From: Octopus vulgaris
Taxonomy: Eukaryota
Length of the DNA stretch: 64,000 bases
Reading direction: 5' to 3'
Assembly (NCBI GenBank): GCA_951406725.2
Contig: OX597832.1
Coordinates: 44,578,001-44,642,000, forward strand
In this document: piece by piece, positions 15,533-26,601 of the stretch
Numbering within the stretch: the stretch's first letter is position 1
How the letters are laid out: each line of letters starts with the position of its first letter
Translations under genes and position numbers: made by a program
The notes under the pieces: generated by a model
What the model saw: only the letters and a program-made list of their open reading frames with translations
The model's database searches: none
Told to the model about the DNA's origin: nothing

Positions 15533-15710
15533 ACAACTGACATGTCCAAATGAGAAAATTCAGAGCAGATAGCTGAAATATCCTAGTGAGTATACCATTT
15601 ATACTCAGTTGACATACTCCCTTTGTACAACTGACATGTCCTGGTGAGAAAACTCAGAGTGGACAGCAGAAATGTTATAAGGAGTATACCATCAATACTC
15701 AGTTTGCATA
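15533..15710. repeat. degenerate tandem duplication of about 94 bp
   Basis: ACAACTGACATGTCC..TGAGAAAA.TCAGAG..GAGTATACCAT..ATACTCAGTT occurs twice, with related words at 15450-15490. Confidence 0.7.
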
Positions 15711-17020
15711 ACTAATACAATCCAATGTTTCTTTGGATGTAACTTTTTTGATTTGTTTAAGAACAAGTTAATGTTATTTTCAATTAGCATAAATTACATT
15801 TTTTGTTTACCTTACTCTAAAAGTCATCACTAAGCACTTGGCCTAGTGGTTAGGGTGTGGCACTCATGATCTAGTGATCGTGAATTCAATTTCCAGGTCA
15901 TGCAGTGTATCGTGTTCTTGAGCAGCCCTAACTAAAAGAACTATGATCAGAGGTTTTTGGCCTTAACAAGCTCCTCCTTTTAGGCACAATCCATCTACAA
16001 CTACTCTATCTAATGCATCACTTAATTTCATGTCCCTCTGCGGGAGGGAGTATGGTAGAATCATTGGTGCGTTGGCAAAGATGTTTTTGGTATATCTTCT
16101 GGCTCTCTACATTCTGAGTTCAAATCCCACCTGCCTGGAGAAGGCAACAGAAAACCAAACCACTCCAGAATTCATTCCGGGTCTAGTGATAGTAGCCAAA
16201 GTTTCAGAGGGAGAGGGATAAGTAGATTACATCAACCCCCAGTGTGCAACAGGTACTTATTTCATCAACCCCAAAAGAATGAAAGGTAAAGTTAATCCTG
16301 GCAGCATTTGAACTCAGAATGTAAAGATGGATGAGATATCATTAAACATTTTGTTCAGCATGGGCAGGAATGATTCTGCCAGCTTGCTGCCTTAATAACG
16401 ATAATAATAATAATAATAATTACTATTATTATTTTACTGTTATGTGTAATTTTTTCTTCCCCTTCATTAAAATGGTCAATTTGGTTACAGATGGACATGT
16501 TAATTAAACATCAATAGACATAAGAGTTGCAATAATAGTTCTGTTGATATTTTACTTTCGATTCTAATGAGAAGCTATATTCCATTATTATCCGGAGTAA
16601 ATCTAAGCTATCTTTTGTAATAATAAGATGGCTTTTGCAGCGTTAGAAATAGCAGATAAAAGGCAACTGAATATTAAGAATGCTTCTTAAGTCTAAATAA
16701 ATACAATTAATTTTGTTATCTTAGCGAGTGAAGGATTAATTAACAACACATAAAGGTAATGAGATTCTGAAATTTCATGTAACGATTGTGCTAAGAATAA
16801 TATAACAGAGTCTATCTAAAAATCTAAGTGTTTATAATCTATAGATGCAAGCATGGCTGTGTGGTTGAGAGGCTTCCCAACCATGAGGTTTTGGTTTCAG
16901 TTCCACTCTGCAGCACCTTGAGCAACTATAGCCCCAGGCTGACCAAAGCTTTTGTTAGTGGATTTGGTAGATGGAAACTGAAACTAAACCTGTAGTATAC
17001 TTGGTATATTTAGTATATAA

Positions 17021-17230
17021 GGCAGCGAGTAGGCAGAAATGCGTAGCCGTATTTCGTCTGTTGTTACGTTCCGAGTTCAAATTCTGCCGAGGTCGACTTT
17101 GCCTTTCATCCTTTTGGGGTCGATAAATTAAGTACCAGTTACGCACTGGGGTTGATGTAATCGACTTAATCCCTTTGTCTGTCTTTATTTGTCCCCTCTG
17201 TGTTTAGCCGCTTGTGGGTAGTAAAGAAAT
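17021..17230 (+). mobile_element. SINE family C
   Basis: B box GAGTTCAAATTC plus GCCTTTCATCCTTTCGGGGTCGATAAATTAAGTACCAG body; relatives near 14450-14645, 14820-15030, 16190-16390, 26800-27010, 32530-32730, 51840-52050 (minus) and 56960-57180 (plus). Confidence 0.75.
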
Positions 17231-17679
17231 ATATATTTGGGTGTGTACATTTATTCATACCTATTTCTTTATTGACATCATGTAATAACTGTAACTGAGC
17301 ATCACTGTCATACAAGTGGTGTTGTTTGCTTCCTGTCTTACAGAAAGAAAAAACAAACATGTCTAGCTATGGGGAAATATTACCTTGCTTGGAAACAGGC
17401 TGATAACAAGAAGGGTATCTGGTTGTTGAAAAACCTGCCTCAACAAGTTCCATCTGACCCATGCAAGCCTGGAAAAGTTGACATTAAACAATGATGATAT
17501 TTCTCCTCAGTTGTATATAGAATTATTCATGAGCAAGTTTTAATCTCCTAAAATTCTAGAATGGCGTAGAAATATCAGGTTTTGAATCTAGAAAAATTCC
17601 AAAACAGAATATGAATATTAATATTAAAAAAAAAAAAAAGAAAAGAAAAAGAAAAAAGGCCAGTATTTTAACTGATTTA

Positions 17680-18025
17680 CTCTCTCTTTTACTCTTTTAC
17701 TTGTTTCAGTCATTTGGCTGCGGCCATGCTGGAGCACCGCCTTTAGTCGAGCAAATCGACCCCGGGACTTATTCTTTTGTAAGCCTAGTACTTATTCTAT
17801 CGATCTCTTTTGCCGAACCGCTAAGTGACGGGGACGTAAACACACCAGCAGCAGTTGTCAAGCAATGCTAGAGGGACAAACACACATATATATATATATA
17901 TACATATATATGATGGGCTTCTTTCAGTTTCCGTCATCTACCAAATCCACTCACAAGGCATTGGTCGGCCCGGGGCTATAGCAGAAGACACTTGTCCAAG
18001 ATGCCATGCACACAGCCACTCCTAC
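17680..18025 (-). mobile_element. SINE family A copy with head deletion
   Basis: Matches 5841-6250 with part of the tRNA head missing. Confidence 0.8.
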
Positions 18026-18660
18026 TTCTAATAATAGTTTACCTATACAAAACCAAATATTTCTAATTCAAGTCACCAACAGGAGAGGAATTTTAGCTAA
18101 TATGGCTCTGCTATGACCAGCTTTCATGTTACCTAGTTAAAATGCATGGAGTTATGAAAATATATATTTTCAATGCTTTATCCTTCTATAAAACAATCTT
18201 TACAGGCTGAACAGCATTTTAAAAATTTGCAATTTAAAATCTATAAAACTGACAGCCAGTTGCCAGAGGAGACAAACAGCATTTTAGCTTTATCATTCTA
18301 TCCCAAATACATATACACATGTGCTACATATATTCTGTATATGCGTGTGTATTGTAAATATATATTACATACACATCTACATTTTTTAAACAATGTGAAA
18401 TGTGCTCATAAAAAGAGACCATATATGAAAAATAACAAAATGTGAGAACTAAATTCTAAGTTTTATTTTTTATACATGTTTAGTCTTTATATCAAGCAAC
18501 TCCAAGTTTGTTTAAATACACTGCAAATATGTGTGTGTATGTGTGTTTGCAAATAAAATTAATGTAAGCTCACACACATGTATATATTACACACTGTGCA
18601 TGTATGTGTATGTGCGGGTGTATCTATATCTATTTATATAGCATATATCTTGTATATGGT

Positions 18661-18966
18661 GGAGGCGCAATGGCCCAGTGGTTAGGGCAGCGGACTCGCA
18701 GTCGTAGGATCACGGTTTCGATTCCCAGACTGGGCGTTGTGAGTGTTTATTGAGCGAAAACACCTAAAGCTCCACGAGGCTCCGGCAGGGGGTGGTGGTG
18801 ATCCCTGCTGTACTCTTTCGCCACAACTTTCTCTCCCTCTTTCTTCTGTTGGCCTGCTCGCTTAGCCAGCGGGGTGGCGTCATTTGAAGGCTAAAAACAA
18901 TGCGAACGCATTGTGACCAGCGATGTGTAACAACATCTGATGGTCTGGTCTGGTCGGTCACGTGAT
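18661..18966 (+). mobile_element. tRNA-derived SINE family B
   Basis: Head GGAGGCGCAATGGCCCAGTGGTTAGGGCAGCGGAC...GGTTTCGATTCCC; ends (GGTC)n-CACGTGAT. Confidence 0.8.
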
Positions 18967-20051
18967 ATCTTGTATATATGACCTATATTGTTGTTTTGTT
19001 TCAAAGCAGCCCTAACTGAAAGAGCTATGATCAGAGGTTCTCGGCCTTCGCAAGCTCTTCCTTTCAGGCACAATGCATCTACAACTACTCTATCTAATGC
19101 ATCATTCCATTGTATATTTTCTTCTTTTGTAAGACTTATGTGATTTTGAGTTTTCTGTCAGGCCAAGCAGCAATGTAGAGGTTATCCTTTAGCTTCATAC
19201 AGACATACATACATATATCTGATGATATAGTTTAATCCTACATACCCATGAAACTAAATTGTATGGAGCTGAGTCAAACTTATTAAAATATATACGTAAC
19301 TCCAACCAAATGTATTGAGTGCTACATTCTTTTATTTGTTCATACTCATTTGTGTGTGAGTATATATATATATATCATCATCATCATCATCATCATTTAG
19401 CATCCGCTTTCCATGCTAACATGGGTTGGACGGTTCAACTGGGGTCTGGGAAGCCAGAAGGCTGCACCAGGCCCAGTCTGATCTGGCGATGTTTCTACGG
19501 CTGGATGCCCTTCCTAATGCCAACCACTCCATGAGTGTAGTGGGTGCTTTTTACGTGCCAGATGGGACTTGCAAACGGCCACGGTCGGATGGTGCTTTTT
19601 ACATGCCACCGGCACAGGGGCCAGGTGAGGCTGGCAACGGCCAAGATCAGATGGTGCCTTTTACGTGCCACCGGCACACCCACACACACATATATAAATA
19701 TCATTATTATTTACGTAATATAGTCTCATGGCAGCCATGTCTGATGATTACCATTTTTACCTCTACATTTCTGAAAGCATTTTAGCACGAAACCATTTCG
19801 TAACATTAATTGGCTGTCATGAGACTATAACATTATATAAATAAAAATATACCCAGTCTGTTCCCTAACTGATGAAAATCTATATAAATTGACACTTAAC
19901 TGGAAGTTCTTGCGAGATTCTCAAGGGGAAAGAACTCTCTTCCCTCATAACTGGGTTTTGAAAGTAGAATTAGAATGTCTTAACTTTAATCTCAAACACA
20001 TCTCAAAGTATTTTTCAGTAATATAAGAAACTAACATAAAAGGAGTATTAA

Positions 20052-20273
20052 ACTTTTCGTTACCGTATTTATTTTGAGATGCTCTGTGTTTCTTTCAAAT
20101 AATTTTAAATATAACAAAGAATTTAGTAAAAGAACTTAGTTATCATTCAGCTAGTGTTGGGAACATAAATTGTGACTAAGGTTTGGTGGAAGATTTTAAT
20201 TCAGAACTTATGAAAGTAAGACATTTGTACTACAGAGCCAGAGGCGGTTTTGGCCGGGTTGTTATCAAAAGGG
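20052..20273. mobile_element. piggyBac-type MITE, family 1 copy
   Basis: Reverse complement of 29534-29753, flanked by TTAA. Confidence 0.8.
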
Positions 20274-20369
20274 TTAAAAATACTCTACTGAAATGAGACG
20301 TAGTATTTGATTACTAATTACCTTACAAATACACAGTAGTTTTAATTCAATAATTAGGATTGGTAGTCT

Positions 20370-20750
20370 TTTCTTTCCTTTACTTGTTTGAGTCATTAGA
20401 CTGCAGCCAAGCAGGGCACCACCTTGAAAAATTTTTAATCAAATGAATCAACCTTAGTACTTAATTGTCTTTTTTTTCAAGTCTGGAACTTATTCTATTG
20501 GTCTCTTTTGCTGAACTGCTAAGTTATGGGGATTCAAACACACCAACACCAGTTGTCAAGTGGCGATTGGGGGGGGGGACTAATACACATGATGGGCTTC
20601 TTTCAATTTCCGTCTACCAAATTCACTCACAAGGCTTTGGTTGGCCTGAGGTTATAGTAGAAGACACTTGCCCAAGGTGCCATGCAATGGGACTGAACCT
20701 GGAACCATGTGGTTGGGAAGCAAACTTATCACACAGTCACGGTTGTACCT
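20370..20750 (-). mobile_element. SINE family A, diverged copy
   Basis: Same head, body and tail order with more substitutions; partial relatives at 235-480, 16845-17000 and 31915-32065. Confidence 0.7.
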
Positions 20751-22229
20751 ATAGTAATTAAAAATGTTGATTATAAGCAATATCTCAATATATCTCAGAG
20801 AGAAAGGAGTGGGGATGGTAGAATCAAGAGGTCATCAGATAAAATATCCTGTAATATTTAGTGTTGTACCTTTAGAGTTCAAATCTTGAAGTCTGTTTAA
20901 TCTTTTTTTTCCTTCTGCAGCCAATTAAATAAGCATCAGAGGTCAAATAATTTAACATACCTTTGCTAACAAAAGTTGTGGCTTTCTGCTAAAGTTAGAG
21001 ATCAATATTGTATATAAAAGTAGGGCAGTAGAGGTGGCCAAAACAATAGAGTGTGCGGTTGAATCTGTTTTACTGTAGCTAGTTCAATAGTTCACTGTTG
21101 CAAGTTCAGATTGTGATAGAACTGACAAGTCCATTCATTCTTTTAGACAAAATAAGTATCAGCAACAAAGTGGAATCAATTTATTCAACAATAACCATCT
21201 TTTATAAATGTTGGCCCTATGTCTAGTGAAATGAAATCAATATTATCTTAGTTTTTCACAATATTTCCACACAAACCGTATGTGGTAAATAGCAGCATTT
21301 ACTGCATAAAGCTGTCTCTATATATCAATGGTTTGTTTTATCTACGTTCTCTTTACAAAGATAACTTATATGCAAAAGCTATTAGGGGAAGGGGTAAGCT
21401 AGTACATCAGTTCAGACCCCATGAATATCTGACAGAGCAACCCTTGCCTAAATTAAAAAAAAAAATTCTCCTGGCCACCTTGAATTTCGAGAAGCTGCTT
21501 ACTCAGGGATAAGAAGCTAGGGCAAAAGTGCAGTTTCCCTTCTTGCAAAATTTCTCTTGGAGGTCTTGCCTATACATATTGAATACAACAAAAAATGGAA
21601 GCTAAGCCCTCAATGAGCCTTATCTGCCTCCTGGTTTCGATATCAAAAACGGTCATTTAACTTATAATTTATTGCTAATGCTTTTGGAAAAACAAATGGC
21701 TTCCCTAAAAATCAGCCTTAATAACTATTAGAAAAAGTGCAGATAAAGCACTCCATAGTATGTAAATTTTTGCTGTGACATTATGACAGAATGATGAAAA
21801 GCAGCATCAAGATATCATCATGAAAAGCAGCATCAAGTTATCATTAAGCTAGAGTTGGGAACATAAATTGTGACTAAGGTTTGGTGGAAAATTTTAATTC
21901 AATACTTATGAAAACAAGACATTTGTACTACAGAGCCAGAGGCGGTTTTGGCCGGGTTGGTATGAAAAGGGTTGGGAACAAAAATCTATCAATCATAGGG
22001 ACTACAACGTTAACATCTTTATTTATGATGGCTAACAACAATTTATCAATACCTTCTAGTGAAGCAGCTCCGATCTATTTGACTATGCCTGGATATAAAA
22101 TACTTTAATGATGATTGTCTACTAAGTGGCTGGGGTAAAATAAAATAAAATAAATAAATATAAAGCAAAGCAAAATTATAATGAAATTATTAAGTTTTAA
22201 CAGATTAGAATTTGTTTTCTACAACAAAC

Positions 22230-22235
22230 TTTATT
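22230..22235 (-). terminator. candidate distal Rab6 polyadenylation signal
   Basis: AATAAA at the end of a long U-rich, UTR-like minus-strand stretch with U-rich sequence downstream. Confidence 0.3.
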
Positions 22236-23450
22236 ACAGTTAAGACCAAAATATTGGTAAGTTATAATAATGTTCAACAGAATAACATTTTTTTTTTTAC
22301 TTTGAAATAAATTAAAAAATTGACAATGCAATTATAATTCCAATGCCTCGGTGGTAATAATTCAAAGTAATGTACAAAAATAATAGAGGGGAAGGAGAAC
22401 CGTTCTAGATAAATAAAGTTTTGTCAAAAAACCCCACTTAACTCCCGACCAAGTTATTTTGTTTTGAGAAATAAAATAATATGAATAAACTGAACTATTA
22501 AATAAAACTAAAATATGAATTCTACATTTACCCAAAGTACCAAAGTAAAAAAATAAAAACAAAATGCTAAAAATGCCAGAAATGTTTTTTTTTTTGTTAA
22601 ATATATAAAAAGGACAATTTAAAAAAAAAAAGCATTTAAAAATAAAAATAAATAACCAACTGTCCAAAAATAAGAATTTATTATAAAATTTCTGAAAACA
22701 CTTATGCTTCTATAGGGGACAATTCATTTTTTACATTAAACAAAACAAAACAAAAAAACAAACAAACAAAAAACAAACAAGCATAATATTCACATTACCT
22801 GAGATACATACATACATATACACAGAAGTCTAAGTTTACCTTACATATAAATCGAAATGGTCAGTTAGCACAGAAGTAGAAACAGCAAGAAATATGTAAG
22901 CCTGTCTTAAAGAGGCATCTCAAAGCAAATTCAATTATAAATAATAGCTTATGATACATCTATGTTAAAAAATCCTTAGACGGATATAAAAAAAAAAGCA
23001 GAAAGTTGATATCTGTAGGACTCAAACCATACACCTTCACACCTTCTGTAACTCCATGTATTATAAACTATTATTTGTAGCTGAATTTGCTTTGAGATAC
23101 ATCGTTTATAAAGATTTGTTTAACTAATCTATTGGTTGAAAATATTTAGACACTGAATATTTTCAGTGAAGCATCTGAAAATGACTCAATGAAAATTTGG
23201 AACTGTGAAAGTCCATATTTATATTTCCCATTACTTTTAACACTAAAATAATTCCATATCAAAAGTAATGCTACTGGTAGTATTTCTCTGCAGATCGTCC
23301 AATGATATATGTATATGGATGGGCAGACCCTGAAGCAATTTGAACTAACAAGATGAATGTTTAAGTATCAAACTTGATATCGCAAAGCATTTAGTGTAAC
23401 CCTGCTCTCTCCTCTGACTATCACACATCCACAACAATCTAATATCTTGA

Positions 23451-23483
<33 letters not shown>

Positions 23484-24614
23484 TGCTACAACTATGAACA
23501 GTACATTTGCTGTTAACTGTGTTTCTTGTGCAGAATGAAGACTGAGATTTCTTACCAGAGAGGATATGAGGAACTGTAAACGGTTGTCTTCCATAAGGGT
23601 ATACTTATAAATGAGTGAATGGAAACAAATCCAAGTGGAATTGTCCTCCAAATAGGTTAAACTTACACTAACAGCCTTAAACAATCCTTATTCAGGGACG
23701 TTTTGAGCGGGATGGGCTACTCAACCTGAAGAAAATTCTAACTGGGCCCCACCTGCAAGGTCATGCGCTGTTTATCTTGATATGAGATTACCATGTTGCG
23801 CACATATGGTTGTGATGCATGTGCCTAGTGTACCCTTATCAGGCGGGTAGTCATGATGGGTATATTGGGCTTCGTATATTTTACCCCAGTGTCACTTTGA
23901 TGGCATGCATTGTACTCTCTCACTCAATAATAATAATAATAATAATAATGATAGTAATAGTAGTAATAATAGTAGTTGTTGTTATTATTATTATTATTAT
24001 TAGCAGTGGATTGCCAGAATTGTTAGAGCATCACACAAAATGCCTAGCAGTATTTGTTCCAGTTCTTTACATTCTGAGTTCAAATCCCACCAGGTTCACC
24101 TTTTGCTTTTAGTCCTTTTGGGTGCAATGACATGCCATTCCAATACAGAGATGGATCTAATCAACCAACCAATCAGCCTTATCACACTCCAAATTTCTAG
24201 CCTTTTGCTTATATTATTATTATTATTATTATTATTATTAGCTAAAAGAAATTTCTTAGTGAATTAGATTATATAAGATGCACTAATTCAACTGAAATAA
24301 AGTTTAAGACAAAAGAATGGCTCAAGGCTAAGATTTTTCTGTTTTTTTCTTTTGTTTTTAATTAGGATCGCTGAAAGCCAAAAAACAAAACATTCCCAAG
24401 AGAAATAGACCAATTAACATAAATGAGAAAATAAGATCAATTAAACATAATTATGCAAGGAGTTGAAAAAACAAAACAAAAAAAAAACTAAACAAGATAA
24501 TTTCTGGTCCAAACCTGTTTGTGTTCAAGACTGGTGACATTCCGGACACACAGACACACACACACACACAAAAAAGAGAAAGATATAGTTCTAGAAGGAA
24601 AAGAAAGTTGATGT

Positions 24615-24620
24615 TTTATT
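24615..24620 (-). terminator. candidate proximal Rab6 polyadenylation signal
   Basis: AATAAA on the minus strand about 710 nt after the stop, followed by a GU-rich tract (24570-24546). Confidence 0.4.
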
Positions 24621-24642
24621 TGACATCATCATCATCATTATC

Positions 24643-24673
<31 letters not shown>

Positions 24674-25331
24674 GACATATTAAGTTATATTGGATTTTTA
24701 TACAATTACCAAGTTTTCTAAGGAGAAAAAAAAAATTTAAAAAAAAAAGCACTGTGCCTCACAAAAGCAAAAACAACAAAGCATCCAAAATAATAGACAA
24801 AAAAAAAAGACACAACCTGTCCCCCCCCCACGCACTAAAAAAAAAAGGAGAAAATCAAACAAAAAAAAAAAAATTATAACAACATACACATATACACACA
24901 TTCAAATTGAATCAGCCATGGCAACAAGTTCATTAATGTATTTTCGATTCTGAAGGGTTAGCTACAGAGGTAAAGTCAACCTTGAGTCTGATATGGCTGT
25001 TGGTTTGTTTATATTCATTTTTTTTTTCCTCTCACAGAACTCTTCTTTAAAAAAAAAGTATAGTCAGATGACAGACATATTCAGACAATGAATGTTCTGA
25101 TGCTTTTGTATTTTTTTTTTATTCATTTTATTTTATTTTATTTCTCATTTTTTTTTTTTTTGAAATTTTTATTAATATTTTTTTTTCTATACATATTTCC
25201 CCATTTGCATTATTCCGTAATAATAAAATGTTTTTTTCTTTCTCTCATTTTTTGTTTGTTTTGTTTTGTTTTTTCTTTTCTTTTTTTTCTTTTTGATACT
25301 CAACAAGGGATGAATTATTTGTATTATTACA

Positions 25332-25399
25332 TCAACAACTACAGCTGCCTTCTTGCGTTTGAGGCTCGGCTGGCGTCTCCTTCAACTTTACCTCTGTCA
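25332..25399 (-). CDS. RAB6: Rab6 terminal coding exon with CXC geranylgeranylation motif
   Basis: Reads ctctcag|(M)TEVKLKETPAEPQTQEGSCSC*; phase 1 matches the previous exon; ends CSC like other Rab6 proteins. Confidence 0.93.
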
Positions 25400-26297
25400 C
25401 TGAGAGCAACGGTTAAGGAAAAAAAAAAAAACACAAAAAATTCAACATTACAAAACTAATAACCAAACTGACAAGCAGCTTTTGACAAATAAATGGACAT
25501 GCACATGCTGTTAGATTTTTTCACTATTTTTTCTTTTACATTTGCTAATTCACAGAAAGCCAATCTAAGAATTTTGGCATAAGAAGCCAGTGCAGTTAGT
25601 GTTGCATTTGAGCTGTTAAAGACGACAAACTGGAAGGATAACACAAGCAGGGAAGGAGGTAGGGAATGAGCAAGTGATCTCAAGATAGACACAACAAGGA
25701 GAAAGAGTCAGTGTGGCTGAAGAAAAAACAGAAAAAGCATGCATTACCAATAGCTTCTGAGTGAGAATTTGGAATTTGGATACGGGTAGCAGTTACAAAA
25801 TTACAGAAATGGCAGAAGAGGCTGAGGGCAGACATAACTTATTAACGATCACGATGATCAAAGAGTTTTCACTGAGCGTGAAGTGGATGGTTTAGTTCAG
25901 ACGGGTCTCGTAAAATTAGTGGCGGCACACTCTTTGAATATGCAAAATAATTCTATACATCAAGATAGATTAAAAAAAAAGATAAATGAATAAACGGATA
26001 CAAAAAAAAACAAAAAAAAAGATAAATCAAAATAATTTTCGGTAATAATAAGTTAATTATAAATCAATAATCCTTCAAAGGAACGGTTTGCATATGTGTA
26101 GATGAGATCATTTTAATATTGGAGAATGTATGGAAGGAACGATGACAATAGGGAAAGGATTTAGACTACACAAAGAAGTTTCAATGATTAAATATGAAAT
26201 GCTGTAAAAGTTTTAATGAGAGAAAGAGGAGAGAGAGAGAGAGGGAGGAGAGAAGAGATAGAAAAGATACACATAAATACACACATATTTATATAAA

Positions 26298-26601
26298 TCA
26301 CGTGATCACATGACCGACCAGACCATCAGATGTTGTTACACATCGCTGGTCACAATGCGTTCGCATTGTTTTAACCTTCGAATGACGCCACCCCGCTGGC
26401 TAAGCGAGCAGGCCAACAGAAGAAAGAGTGGGAGAAAGAGTGGTGAAAGAGTACAGCAGGGATTGCCACACCCTGCCGGAGCCTCGTGGAGCTTTTAGGT
26501 GTTTTTGCTCAATAAACACACACAACACCCGGCCTGGGAATCGAAACCGCGATCCTACGACCACGAGTCCGCTGCCCTAACCACTGGGCCATTGCGCCTC
26601 C
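26298..26601 (-). mobile_element. SINE family B copy
   Basis: Reverse complement of 18661-18966 at high identity. Confidence 0.8.

Noticed and set aside
19540-19677. CRISPR-like repeat-spacer pattern in family D elements
   Set aside because: Eukaryotic context, spacers are related to each other, no cas genes; it is an internal minisatellite
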